From a bacterium BMS3Abin14 (GTDB taxonomy: Bacteria; BMS3Abin14), in contig BDTG01000013.1 of NCBI GenBank assembly GCA_002897695.1, positions 1 to 63,186 of the forward strand: a stretch of 63,186 bases of DNA, in the 5' to 3' direction. The notes beneath the pieces are model-generated. The model made no database searches and was not told the origin of the DNA. It was given only the letters and a program-made list of their open reading frames with translations. The translations under genes were made by a program, and so were the position numbers. Below are positions 9,340 through 19,149 of the stretch, piece by piece; positions within the stretch are counted from its first letter, which is position 1; each line of letters begins with the position of its first letter.

Positions 9340-10467
9340 TTACTGAATCTTCTCGCCGCAATTCAGACAGAAATGAGCCCCCTCCGGGGCCTTCTTCCCG
9401 CAATTGGGGCATTTCGTCTCCACCTTCTTTACCTCCTGCCCACACCGGAAACAGAATTTTGCGTCGACGGGAAGATCTGTTTGACATCGTGGACAGATCT
9501 GCCCTTTAACAACAGGCGTCCCACATCGGGAGCAGAACCTGGCATCATCAGGCACCTCCCCATGGCACCGGGGGCATGGATAACCTTTAACCGTCCCCTT
9601 CTTACCTCCCTCACTCAGGGTCCCTTTAAGAAAAGCCGGGATCATCATTCCAAGCCCCGCGCCCAGCCCCATACCCATGCCTGACTCAGCGCCTGACGTC
9701 GCCCCGTCCGCCCCTGTCTTGGCGGCATCGCCCATGAACTGCGCCGCCTTGAATCGAAGATAGTCGCTCTCGCCGACAGCCCGCATTCCTCCCCGTTCAT
9801 CGATGATTTTCTGAACATCATCAGGCGGAGTAATGGCACGTATGATGAGATCCCTGAGTTCGATACCGTACTTGAGAAACTCGTCACGGACCCTGGCCTT
9901 GGCGGCGGCTCCCAGTTCATCGTAGACCTGCGGCAGGTTAAGGAGGGTGTCAAGGTTTTCCCCAAGCAGATCGTTGATCCTCGAGACGATGATCCCTCTC
10001 AGAAAATCCGATATCTCATCGGTAGTGTAGATGCCCTGCGTCCCGGCGACTACGTTCACAAAAAGCATGGGCTGCAGAATCCTGATGGTAAAATTTCCGT
10101 TGCCCCGAAGCCGAACCATGCCTAATTCACTGTCCCGGAAAGCCACGGGATCCCTCGTACCCCAGTTCAGGTTTGTGAAGGTCTTCATGGCCACGAAATA
10201 GACGGCCACCCTGAAGGGACTCCGAAAGCCGAAGGGGAGGCTCAGCGCCTTGGTCAGAAGAGGGAGATTCTGGGAAGCAAGGGTATGCCTCCCCGGGCCA
10301 AGCACGTCGAGAGCACGGCCATCCCGAAAAAACACAGCGGCCTGATTCTCATTGACCACCAACTGCGCCCCGAATTTGATCTCACCGGTTCCCTCAGGAG
10401 GAACACGGTGCACCATCTCCTCGCCGGTTTCATCAATCCATTCCAGGACCTCTAAAAATTCACTCAT
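9340..10467 (-). CDS. SPFH-domain protein of the Band_7_1/YdjI type with three C-terminal zinc-ribbon repeats
   Basis: N-terminal SPFH-like core (EIKFGAQLVVNENQAAVFFRDG...). C-terminus carries three Cx2C-x10-14-Cx2C ribbons. Confidence 0.7.
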   Translation of the reverse strand: MSEFLEVLEWIDETGEEMVHRVPPEGTGEIKFGAQLVVNENQAAVFFRDGRALDVLGPGRHTLASQNLPLLTKALSLPFGFRSPFRVAVYFVAMKTFTNLNWGTRDPVAFRDSELGMVRLRGNGNFTIRILQPMLFVNVVAGTQGIYTTDEISDFLRGIIVSRINDLLGENLDTLLNLPQVYDELGAAAKARVRDEFLKYGIELRDLIIRAITPPDDVQKIIDERGGMRAVGESDYLRFKAAQFMGDAAKTGADGATSGAESGMGMGLGAGLGMMIPAFLKGTLSEGGKKGTVKGYPCPRCHGEVPDDARFCSRCGTPVVKGQICPRCQTDLPVDAKFCFRCGQEVKKVETKCPNCGKKAPEGAHFCLNCGEKIQ

Positions 10468-10483
10468 CCTATTACCTCACCCA

Positions 10484-10990
10484 TTATCCCGGGTCTTTCC
10501 TCTCGACAACCCGTTTTCGATCCTCGAAAGATCTCTGAACAACACCCACTGTGTCGCTTAATGATTGAAGCCAGCCCTCGGTGGTTCCGGCCTGCTGGTC
10601 GGGCACAAGCCCCTCGAGTTTTTCCGATTCACTTAGCAGCTCGATATCAAACTCGTAAAGTAGCGCCAATTCATCCTGACCGACTCCGGCCTCGTCGAAA
10701 AAGCCTGTATAACCATATGCGGCATGGCGCAATTCATCCTCAAGCCTTTCCAGCCTGATGGCAACCCGTTCCAGCGCTCCGATGGACTTCAGGGAGGCCA
10801 GGTCACCATTCCTGGACATTTCGGTGATCAACCTTGAGATCCTCCCTCTGCAGCGAATCACCGCGCCAGCGGCTTTCTCCCGGACCGCTTTGTCTGCGCT
10901 CCGTCGTTTTTCCTTCGCCTGGTAGCCGGAGATGCCCGGTATCAGGCGGGTCAAAGATTCGAGAAGTCCGGCAACCTTGGATTGAGTCAT
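10484..10990 (-). CDS. Hypothetical coiled-coil protein, operonic with the SPFH-ZnR gene
   Basis: ORF with good coding periodicity and a 10-bp spacing to the neighbouring gene. No recognisable domain. Confidence 0.45.
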   Translation of the reverse strand: MTQSKVAGLLESLTRLIPGISGYQAKEKRRSADKAVREKAAGAVIRCRGRISRLITEMSRNGDLASLKSIGALERVAIRLERLEDELRHAAYGYTGFFDEAGVGQDELALLYEFDIELLSESEKLEGLVPDQQAGTTEGWLQSLSDTVGVVQRSFEDRKRVVERKDPG

Positions 10991-11000
10991 GATATTCTCC

Positions 11001-11552
11001 CTACCTCTTTACTAGGCCTACAGGGACAGCCTTGATCTTCACCTTTCCGTCCTCATATTCCACACGGTAAGCGACACGGTCGCATCCGTATTTTTCCCTG
11101 ATCGTCCGCGTCTGATCGCCTACTATTTTCCGGACCTTGGCAATGGCAGGGGCCGGGCGGCCAGTATTTTTTCTGTATGTCCTGTCCAGAACCATAAAGA
11201 GCGAGTTCATCTGCTCCCTGTCGTCTTCCGGGGAGGAAATTTCTATGGCGCCCACCTGGGCGTACTCAATGCCGCTCCCGCCTCCCCTCCTCCTGAGTGA
11301 CCTTCCCTCTTCGATATCCCGAAGGTTCCTCTGCCAATACTGAAGAAAGACATTGTAGCGTGAGACAGCCTGCTGAACCCGGAACCTCAGGGCAGTATTG
11401 TTTATGATGGCTGCCGAAAGCAAACGGATTTCCCTCGCCACATCGCCGGCCAGCTTCTCGGGAGGCCGGTTCTGCACCCCGAGAAAATATTGATCGTACC
11501 GTGTCTTCAGCATCTGTATATCGTTTTCGAGCTTTTTAACCCTATCTTCCAT
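11001..11552 (-). CDS. Hypothetical protein, first gene of the SPFH-ZnR operon
   Basis: ORF plus operon context. No recognisable domain. Confidence 0.45.
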   Translation of the reverse strand: MEDRVKKLENDIQMLKTRYDQYFLGVQNRPPEKLAGDVAREIRLLSAAIINNTALRFRVQQAVSRYNVFLQYWQRNLRDIEEGRSLRRRGGGSGIEYAQVGAIEISSPEDDREQMNSLFMVLDRTYRKNTGRPAPAIAKVRKIVGDQTRTIREKYGCDRVAYRVEYEDGKVKIKAVPVGLVKR

Positions 11553-11745
11553 TTACCCCCCGGTAATACTGATATGATCGTGAAAAGCCATCAACTATAA
11601 GGTTCTGGTATTAAACCTTGCGAAACTTCGCTGACTTTGCGGTAAATTGGCTCATGACCTGTAGGTAAGCCGACACAAAGCTGAGTCACCGCCAAGTACG
11701 CCAAGTTGCGCAAAGTAGTTCCAGCCTTGATAGGATCGCAAAACA

Positions 11746-11772
11746 TTTATCATTTTCTTTTGAAAATGATAA
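11746..11772. promoter_or_regulatory. Perfect palindrome TTATCATTTTC-n5-GAAAATGATAA in the divergent intergenic region, followed at 11840-11920 by a cluster of GTTCCTGG-like octamers
   Basis: 11-bp inverted repeat and at least five degenerate direct repeats. Operator-like. Confidence 0.35.
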
Positions 11773-12021
11773 CAGACCCCTATAACCAATGCAAAGGTTT
11801 AGGAAACCGCGTATGGGGAAATGAAGGGCCCCAGAGTTTATTAGTTCCTGGTTCCTAGTGCCTGGTGTAGTTCAAGTTCAAACCAGGCAGTTCCTGGAAA
11901 CCGGGTACTGGTTACTGCTGTAATAAAAGGTTATTTTTTGTAATATTTTTCTTGATCCCGCCTTGCTTTAAGGATAACCTCCGTACTATCCTCACCGACA
12001 TCCTTCGCAAGGGAGGCTCAT

Positions 12022-12933
12022 TTGGCAAGTTCTTTCCTCGGCACCCGGGAGGTTTCCGAGTATCTGGGCATCAACGAGAAACAGGTCTACAGCCTTATCC
12101 ACAACCGCGGGCTCCCCGGGACCAAGATAACCGGAAAATGGCTTTTCCCCCGCCACCTGGTGGACAGGTGGATTGAATCAAGCGTTGCCGGGTTCCCGGG
12201 GGAGTGGCCTTTTGTCCAAAGGGCGCAGGGGCTTCTCCTCGTTGCAGGCAGCGATGATCCCCTTCTGGTCCGTTTGATCTCCCTCTTTCGCAGGCGCTTC
12301 ACCGAGACGATCCCACTGCAGTCGCGTGCCGGCAGCACCGAGGGCATCATGGCCTTAAAAAGGGGGCTATGCCATATCGCCGCCGTCCACCTTTACTCAG
12401 CCCAAAATCCTCACCATGGCGAAGATTATCTTACCGGCTATTTCGATCAAAGAGCGGTGGCGGTCTCCCTGGCGGTAAGGACCCAGGGACTCCTTCTCGC
12501 AAAGGGCAACCCACTTGGAATCCGCTCCCTGGAGGACATCCTGACCGGACGGCTGCGATGGGCCGGACGAGAGGTAGGAACCGGAACACGTCTTCGCCTT
12601 GAAATGGAACTTGATCACCTCGGAACTGATCGCTCGGGTTTTGCCGATGACAGTCTGACCCTGGGCAGCCACATGGAGGTCGGGGTCTCGATAATGAGGG
12701 GACAGGCTGATGCCGGCCTTGCCATCCAGAATGTCTCGGAGATACTGGATCTCGACTTCATTCCACTTTTCCGGGAACGGTTCGACCTCGTGACGTTCCG
12801 GGAGACCTTTTTTCAAAAGGAGATTCAGAACTTTTTCGGCCTTTTAAATACGATGGAATTTGCGGAAATCGGGGCCGGCCTGTCCGGTTACGACGTTTCC
12901 GGCGCGGGTAAAATTCTCACCGAGTCAATCTGA
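12022..12933 (+). CDS. Putative tungstate/molybdate-responsive regulator: N-terminal excisionase-type HTH fused to a periplasmic-binding-protein-like domain (TTG start)
   Basis: HTH motif EVSEYLGINEKQVYSLIH, then a PBP-like fold. Directly upstream of tupABC. GGGAGG RBS with TTG start. Confidence 0.6.
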   Translation: MASSFLGTREVSEYLGINEKQVYSLIHNRGLPGTKITGKWLFPRHLVDRWIESSVAGFPGEWPFVQRAQGLLLVAGSDDPLLVRLISLFRRRFTETIPLQSRAGSTEGIMALKRGLCHIAAVHLYSAQNPHHGEDYLTGYFDQRAVAVSLAVRTQGLLLAKGNPLGIRSLEDILTGRLRWAGREVGTGTRLRLEMELDHLGTDRSGFADDSLTLGSHMEVGVSIMRGQADAGLAIQNVSEILDLDFIPLFRERFDLVTFRETFFQKEIQNFFGLLNTMEFAEIGAGLSGYDVSGAGKILTESI

Positions 12934-12970
12934 TTGCCATTTTGTGCCAGGAAAAAAGGAGGAACTGTTC

Positions 12971-13813
12971 ATGAACGGAAAGCCGACAGGAATTGCGATT
13001 GTCCTTCTGCTCGCCGGGGCTATTCTCATGTCCACGTATACGCCGTGTCAGGCGGACAAAAGCCGTCTCAAGCTTTCGTCCACCACCAGTACGGACAACA
13101 CCGGGCTCCTTGACTACCTTCTGCCTGTCTTTGAAAAAAGATACGGTATCAAGGTCGACGTCATCGCGGTCGGAACCGGCAAAGCGCTCAAGCTGGCTGA
13201 AAACGGCGATGTGGATGTCACACTCGTCCACGCCCCGGCAAGGGAGATCAAGTTCGTTGCGGATGGCCACGCCGTGAACCGTCGGAAGGTAATGGCCAAC
13301 TATTTCATCATCGTAGGTCCCAAGACCGATCCTGCCGGGGTCAGAACGGCAGACAGTGCCGAGGAGGCCTTCAGGAGAATCTCCCAAAATGGCGCCACGT
13401 TTGTATCCCGCGGAGACGACTCCGGCACCAACATAAAAGAAAAACACATCTGGGAGGCCGTTCTCGGATCCGTGCCCTCAGGCAAAAGCTGGTACCTCGA
13501 ATCGGGCAAGGGGATGGGGGAAACGCTCACCATAGCCTACGAAAAGAGGGGATACACCCTCTCCGATTCCGGCACTTTCCTCAAATATTCAGACAAGGTG
13601 GACGATCTGAAGATGCTCTTCATCAAACACTCGGACCTGCTCTTCAACCCCTACGGCATCATGGCGGTCAATCCCATGAAATACCCCAACGTGAATTACG
13701 AAGGGGCCATGAAGCTCATCACCTTCATGACCTCTCCGAGCGGACAGAAGCTGATCGGTGATTTCACCGACAAATATGGAAACAAGCTTTTCACTCCCTT
13801 GGCCGGGAAATAA
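12971..13813 (+). CDS. tupA: Tungstate ABC transporter substrate-binding protein
   Basis: Signal peptide and TupA/WtpA-like SBP sequence. RBS AAAAAGGAGG precedes the ATG at 12971, so the longer 12860 ORF is rejected. Confidence 0.85.
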   Translation: MNGKPTGIAIVLLLAGAILMSTYTPCQADKSRLKLSSTTSTDNTGLLDYLLPVFEKRYGIKVDVIAVGTGKALKLAENGDVDVTLVHAPAREIKFVADGHAVNRRKVMANYFIIVGPKTDPAGVRTADSAEEAFRRISQNGATFVSRGDDSGTNIKEKHIWEAVLGSVPSGKSWYLESGKGMGETLTIAYEKRGYTLSDSGTFLKYSDKVDDLKMLFIKHSDLLFNPYGIMAVNPMKYPNVNYEGAMKLITFMTSPSGQKLIGDFTDKYGNKLFTPLAGK

Positions 13814-13879
13814 CCATAGCAGTCCCTGTTACCTGTTCCGGGGTCCTGCCGGAACATGTAACAGGAGCTTCAAATCACC

Positions 13880-14566
13880 ATGGGATATATAATCGAAGCT
13901 CTCATCGGAGCCTTCCGGCTGGTATTCTCCCTCAATCCGGAAGTGATGTCTATCGCCCTCCTTTCCCTGAAGGTGGCTCTTTCCGCCACCTTTGTCGCCG
14001 CCCTTTTGGGAATCCCTCTCGCCTACCTTGTGACGACCAGAGAATTCACCGGCAAGGGCACCCTCATAACCCTCTTCAACACCCTCATGGCCCTCCCCAC
14101 CGTGGTGGTGGGCCTCTTTGTCTACTCCTTCCTTTCCAGGAAAGGCCCTCTCGGATTTCTGGATCTCCTCTTCACTCCTACGGGGATCATCCTGGGGGAC
14201 ATCATCCTGGCATTCCCCCTCATAGTGGGTCTTACCATTGCCGCCGTAAACAGTGTTGATTCCAGGGCAAGAGTCACGGCCATGAGCCTCGGCGCATCCC
14301 CGCGGCGGGTATCTGTCACCATCCTCATGGAGGCACGCTTCGGACTCATGGCGGCGCTTTTCAACGGGTTCGGCCGGGTGGTTGCCGAGGTGGGTTCGGC
14401 CATGATGTTGGGCGGCAATATTCGAGGGTACACCCGGACCCTAACCACCGCCGTCGCCCTGGAAACGGGCAAGGGTGAGTTCGCCTTCGCCATGGCCCTC
14501 GGAATCATTCTCCTCGCCGTGGCCTTTACCGTCAATATGCTCTTTCGCAGGTTCCAGAGGTACTGA
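13880..14566 (+). CDS. tupB: Tungstate ABC transporter permease
   Basis: Six-TM ABC permease carrying the EAA-like motif. Confidence 0.85.
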   Translation: MGYIIEALIGAFRLVFSLNPEVMSIALLSLKVALSATFVAALLGIPLAYLVTTREFTGKGTLITLFNTLMALPTVVVGLFVYSFLSRKGPLGFLDLLFTPTGIILGDIILAFPLIVGLTIAAVNSVDSRARVTAMSLGASPRRVSVTILMEARFGLMAALFNGFGRVVAEVGSAMMLGGNIRGYTRTLTTAVALETGKGEFAFAMALGIILLAVAFTVNMLFRRFQRY

Positions 14567-14571
14567 CCTGG

Positions 14572-15579
14572 ATGACCCTTTTTGAAATAGAAAATTTAAT
14601 CTTTAATTATGGGGAGCGACGGGTGCTGGACATTGCGGATCTCCACATAGGCAAGGGCTGCATCACCGCCCTTACCGGGGCCAACGGTTCAGGAAAAAGC
14701 ACACTGATGATGCTCCTGGGACACCTTCTTCACCCCGCCGGGGGCCGGATTCTTTTTGAAGGGACGGACCTTAACTCCGGGACAGCATCCGCCATGACGG
14801 CTTTCCGGCGAAGGACCGGCGTCGTTCTCCAATCCCCCTACCTGTTTAAAAGCACCGTGGAGGGAAATGTGTCCTATCCCCTCCGTGTCTGCGGAACACC
14901 CAAAGAGGAAACGGCCCGACTGGTAAAAAGTGCACTGAGTTCAGTGGGGCTGCCCGGTTTTGAGATGAGAAGGTGCGCGGAGCTCTCCGGCGGCGAGACC
15001 CAGAGGGTTGCTCTCGCCAGGTCCATTGTCATGAGACCCGATCTGCTTCTCCTCGACGAACCCATGGCCAATGTAGATGCGTCCAGCCAGGCGGTAATGG
15101 AGAGGGTACTTCTGGAGATATGCCGGGATGAGGGGACGACCGTCATCTTCACCACACATAACCTGGACAGGGCCTACAGGCTTGCCGACGAGGTGGTAAC
15201 GGTTCTGGAGGGGACGGTTTCCGCCGGCGCCATGGAGAACGTGTTCAAGGGGGCCGTCTATCAGGCCGGAGGGGACTGGGTCTTTGATACGGGGCGGATT
15301 ACCATCGTCGTGCCGGAGGGAAAGGACGGTTCACACACGGCATCGATACCGCCGGAATCCATCCTGATCAGCCGCAAGCCTGGATCCACCAGCGCCAGGA
15401 ACGTTTTTTCGGGGAGGATCTCCGCCATTCAGGAGAGAAACGGATCGGTTGATATCAGGGTTGAGGCGGGGGAATCGCTCACCTCACGAATAACCACCCA
15501 ATCATACGCAGGCATGGAGCTGAAACTGGGGGAGGAGATAACCCTGATCTTCAAGGCTGAGTCGGTGAAAATCTATTAG
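14572..15579 (+). CDS. tupC: Tungstate ABC transporter ATP-binding protein with C-terminal TOBE domain
   Basis: Walker A GANGSGKST, signature LSGGETQR, Walker B LLLDEP, and a C-terminal TOBE domain. Confidence 0.85.
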   Translation: MTLFEIENLIFNYGERRVLDIADLHIGKGCITALTGANGSGKSTLMMLLGHLLHPAGGRILFEGTDLNSGTASAMTAFRRRTGVVLQSPYLFKSTVEGNVSYPLRVCGTPKEETARLVKSALSSVGLPGFEMRRCAELSGGETQRVALARSIVMRPDLLLLDEPMANVDASSQAVMERVLLEICRDEGTTVIFTTHNLDRAYRLADEVVTVLEGTVSAGAMENVFKGAVYQAGGDWVFDTGRITIVVPEGKDGSHTASIPPESILISRKPGSTSARNVFSGRISAIQERNGSVDIRVEAGESLTSRITTQSYAGMELKLGEEITLIFKAESVKIY

Positions 15580-15601
15580 TGACAGGGTCAGAAAGAAATC
15601 A

Positions 15602-16426
15602 TCATTTAACCTGGTCGATGCCGAGAAACCTCAGGATATCCTCGGCCTTCTCGAGGCTTTTCTCGGCGCCTTCCAGATCATGCAGGGCGTCCAGAACCTC
15701 CGCCATGGCCTGGTAATCCCTGGCGATGGAAAATGGGTCGCCACGCTTCCTGTCGATGGCCAGCCCGGATTTGACCGATTCCAGGCCGGCTTCCGGGTTG
15801 CCGGTACGGGCCAGCAGCCTTCCCAGCCTTGTCAGACATGCAGCCCTGACGCCCTCACCACCAGCACCGGCGCTCAACTCCAGTGCCTGCCTGCAAAGGG
15901 TTGCCGCTCCTCCCAGATCATCTGAAGCGAAGGCGATGGATGCCAGAACACTCAAGGCTCTGGCTTCTACAATGGTTTGGCCCCGGTCTGATGCGATATC
16001 CCTGGCCTCATTGGCCAGAGCTGCGGCCTGGACCGGGTTGGTTGCGGCAATGGTTCCGGCGAGGTTGTTTAAGGCGGCGGTGAGGGTGCTCACATCGTTG
16101 AGATCCCTCGACAGTGCGATGGCCTCCCTGTAGGAGCCGATTGCCTTGTCCACCTTGCCCAACCGATCCTGGACCGCCCCCAGGTTGTTCAGGGAGATGG
16201 CGGTTTGCCTATCCAGATCCAAAGCACGATAGACGGCCAGGGAACGTACAGCGTCCCTGATAGCCTGATGATATCGTCCCAGGTAGAAATCCTCGTCATA
16301 CCTCCGGGCGTAAGTCCGGGCCTCATCTTCAAGCGCAGGACGCTTAACGGGGCGGTTCCCCATGCACCCGGAAAGAAAAATCACCAGAAAGGCGACAATT
16401 CCACTGAACACGGCCGCACGTTTCAT
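15602..16426 (-). CDS. TPR-repeat lipoprotein
   Basis: Lipobox LSGC and repeated TPR-like helices. Confidence 0.7.
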   Translation of the reverse strand: MKRAAVFSGIVAFLVIFLSGCMGNRPVKRPALEDEARTYARRYDEDFYLGRYHQAIRDAVRSLAVYRALDLDRQTAISLNNLGAVQDRLGKVDKAIGSYREAIALSRDLNDVSTLTAALNNLAGTIAATNPVQAAALANEARDIASDRGQTIVEARALSVLASIAFASDDLGGAATLCRQALELSAGAGGEGVRAACLTRLGRLLARTGNPEAGLESVKSGLAIDRKRGDPFSIARDYQAMAEVLDALHDLEGAEKSLEKAEDILRFLGIDQVK

Positions 16427-17460
16427 CGTCGGTCAACCTCCACCGCTGATGGGCCGGTCTCAACGGGGAAAGCCCCCTTAAACAACCAGTTCCCCTTGGC
16501 TGCCTCGACGACCCTCTCCGATTCCTCCATGGTTCCCCTGAGGCTACGCGCGGCGCCCGGAAATTCATCGGACGCTGCGGCGAGGTTATCCGCCGTCTTA
16601 CCCATGGAGATCAGAATACCCGGCATTTCACCGGAGGATTTTTTGACATCGTCCGCGATGACATCCAGCTTGTCCATGGTTTTTCCCGCCGATACCAGAA
16701 AACGGGAAGCCTCCCCGGAAATTTCAGGAAACTGTTTGGCTGTTACACGGATCTCCTCCACGAGGGGTATCGTCCTGTCCGAAAGCTCTTTCAGGGAGGC
16801 TGCCGCCTTCCCTGCCGCCTCCACCGTACGCACAAGCTTCTCGTACATCCTGTCGTCCTTAACCAGCCGCCCCAATGTACCCTGCCCCCTGGAAATGCCA
16901 CCCAGGAGATCGGATGCCGCCCGAAGACTTTCTCCCAGTGCCTGCCGGTCATCGGCAAGTTCCCCGGTTATCTTCCCCAGGTTGGTCAGAACCTCTTCCA
17001 GCCTGCGGCTCAGGGGGGTTATGCCCTCCAGGAGGGCGCTGAGAGACACGGGGGACTGGGTCCTCAGTAAAAGACCAGGCTGCAGGATCACCGCGTCCGA
17101 CGAGCCCATCGTGATCTCAACGCTCTTGTCGCCCAGGAGCCCGATAGAACCGATGGTTGCCATGGAATCTTCCGTGATCCTGCTCTGGTAGCGTTTTTGA
17201 ATCTGAAGGGTAGCTCTGACACCGCCTCCCCGGGTGAAGGAAAGGGAGTTCACGGTTCCTACCTCGACCCCGGCAAGGAACACCGGTGCGCCTACCTTAA
17301 GCCCGCCCACAGTTTCGAAAATCGCAAACAACCTGTACCTTTTTACAAAGACATTCTGACGGTTGGCAATGGTGAGCACCATGACAAGGGCGGCCAGGAG
17401 CCCCACCAGCACAAAGGATCCCACGGTCAATTCCATAAATGTCTTTCTCTTCATCGCCAT
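16423..17460 (-). CDS. mlaD: MlaD/MCE-domain protein
   Basis: N-terminal TM plus MCE domain. In operon with mlaE and mlaF. Confidence 0.8.
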   Translation of the reverse strand: MAMKRKTFMELTVGSFVLVGLLAALVMVLTIANRQNVFVKRYRLFAIFETVGGLKVGAPVFLAGVEVGTVNSLSFTRGGGVRATLQIQKRYQSRITEDSMATIGSIGLLGDKSVEITMGSSDAVILQPGLLLRTQSPVSLSALLEGITPLSRRLEEVLTNLGKITGELADDRQALGESLRAASDLLGGISRGQGTLGRLVKDDRMYEKLVRTVEAAGKAAASLKELSDRTIPLVEEIRVTAKQFPEISGEASRFLVSAGKTMDKLDVIADDVKKSSGEMPGILISMGKTADNLAAASDEFPGAARSLRGTMEESERVVEAAKGNWLFKGAFPVETGPSAVEVDRR

Positions 17461-17550
17461 CTCCCGAATTCTCCGGACGCGGTCCGCAGCCTCTTGCCCC
17501 TCCCCTTCAACATGGGGCGGAAAGGGTCTTTACACCCCGTGGCTATCCTG

Positions 17551-17580
17551 GTTGAGGACTTTGCAAAAAGTCATCAACCG
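17551..17580. repeat. REP-like hairpin GTTGAGGACTTtGCAAAAAGTCATCAAC (copy of the palindrome at 57758-57785)
   Basis: Near-identical 28-nt inverted-repeat element at two loci. Confidence 0.5.
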
Positions 17581-18326
17581 TAAAGAAACAACTGGATCTG
17601 TCCTAAATGTGTGGCTCTGAACTCATCCGGCGTACCGGCCATGAGTACCTTCCCGTCCTCCAGCATGGCCATTCGGTCAGCAATATGGAAGGCCGAACGG
17701 ATATCGTGGGTAACGACAAGGGACGAATTTCCTCCCTGCCGATTCAGGTTCTTGATGAGTTGCGATATCGAATCGGATGTTACCGGATCCAGCCCTGCCG
17801 TGGGCTCATCGAAAAGCACGATGCTCGGCCCAAGCGCCAAAGTGCGGGCAAGGCTGACCCTTTTCTGCATTCCTCCGCTGAGTTCCGAGGGATATTTTCT
17901 ATCCTCGCCCTCAAGATCAACCAGCCTTAACAGTTCCATGGCACATTTGAGGGCCCTCTTCTCCCCCGAAGCGGTGTGCTGCAGGATGGGGAAGGAAATG
18001 TTTTCGGCTACGGTCAGGGAATCGAACAGAGCCCCGCCCTGAAAAAGAAATCCGACCTTGAGGCGGAGGGCCTTCCACTCCCTCTCTGTCTCAAAGGAGG
18101 TCACTTCCATTCCGTCCACGGTAATCGTGCCCGAATCGGGGATCATCAATCCAATGATACATTGAAGAAGCACCGATTTGCCGCTCCCGCTTCTTCCCAT
18201 GATGACCATGGTTTCGCCCGCGCCAACAGAAAGATTGATGCCGCGAAGCACCTCCTTGCCATCCAGTGTCTTCCAGACATCCCTGATCTCTATGACGGTT
18301 CCTTGGTATTCCGTGATGGCGTTCAC
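17574..18326 (-). CDS. mlaF: ABC transporter ATP-binding protein
   Basis: Walker A GRSGSGKS, signature LSGGMQKR, Walker B VLFDEP. Confidence 0.85.
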   Translation of the reverse strand: MNAITEYQGTVIEIRDVWKTLDGKEVLRGINLSVGAGETMVIMGRSGSGKSVLLQCIIGLMIPDSGTITVDGMEVTSFETEREWKALRLKVGFLFQGGALFDSLTVAENISFPILQHTASGEKRALKCAMELLRLVDLEGEDRKYPSELSGGMQKRVSLARTLALGPSIVLFDEPTAGLDPVTSDSISQLIKNLNRQGGNSSLVVTHDIRSAFHIADRMAMLEDGKVLMAGTPDEFRATHLGQIQLFLYG

Positions 18327-18327
18327 C

Positions 18328-19149
18328 TCAGTCCGGGAAGATAGCCAGAAGAAGCCTGGTCATGTAGACGTCCGACAGGAGGATGAGAAGGGAAGCCAGG
18401 ACAACCGCTGCCGTTGTGGACCTACCCACGCCCTCGGTCCCCCCGCGGGCGTTGAACCCCTCGTTGCATGCCACTGTCCCTATGATCAGGCCGAAAACAG
18501 CCGCTTTGATCAGGCCCGGAGCCACGTCCGTAATAGCTATGTAATCAAGGGTCTTATAGTAGTAGGTACTGTAATTGATCCCACCCTGCGTGACGGCTAC
18601 GACGAGGCCGCCCGTAATCCCGAGGATGTCCGCCATGGCGGTGAGAAGCGGCAGAACCAGGACACAGGCGGCGATCCGGGTTGCGGCCAGGTAGCGCTGG
18701 GGGTTCACAGCGAGTACTTTAAGGGCATCGACCTGCCGGGTTACGATCATGGATCCGAGTTCCGCGCTGATCCCGGAGCCTGACCTCCCGGCCACTAACA
18801 GCGCGGTAATAACGGGCGAAAGCTCCTTGACGACGGACAGCCCGACCACCGCTGCCACGTACTGGCCTGCGCCGAACTGGCCAAGAATATCAATCGTCTG
18901 CATGCACAAAACGGCCCCCGTCGAGATACCCGCCAGGCCGACGAGCGGCAGGGATCGCACCCCGATGGAGTGCATCTGTTTGATCGTCTCGACGAGGTAA
19001 ACCGGCCGGGTGAACATCATACCCAGTGATCCGACACCGAACACGACCAGGCCGCCGAGATAATGGACGCATCCAAGCAGCAGGTTTCCCAGCCGCCTCA
19101 GTATCGGAAACATCCACATTCCCCTGCCGGCCGACACGTTCCGAATCAT
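18328..19149 (-). CDS. mlaE: ABC transporter permease
   Basis: MlaE/YrbE-type multi-TM permease. Confidence 0.85.
   Translation of the reverse strand: MIRNVSAGRGMWMFPILRRLGNLLLGCVHYLGGLVVFGVGSLGMMFTRPVYLVETIKQMHSIGVRSLPLVGLAGISTGAVLCMQTIDILGQFGAGQYVAAVVGLSVVKELSPVITALLVAGRSGSGISAELGSMIVTRQVDALKVLAVNPQRYLAATRIAACVLVLPLLTAMADILGITGGLVVAVTQGGINYSTYYYKTLDYIAITDVAPGLIKAAVFGLIIGTVACNEGFNARGGTEGVGRSTTAAVVLASLLILLSDVYMTRLLLAIFPD

Noticed and set aside
11553-11700. Sigma-54 (-24 GG/-12 GC) promoter upstream of the SPFH operon
   Set aside because: The best candidates (TGGTAT-n-TTGC) have wrong spacing. No convincing match on either strand.
12860-12970. Upstream extension of tupA (ORF table start 12860)
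   Set aside because: The extension overlaps the regulator gene and lacks an RBS. The ATG at 12971 has a strong AAGGAGG RBS and is followed immediately by a signal peptide.
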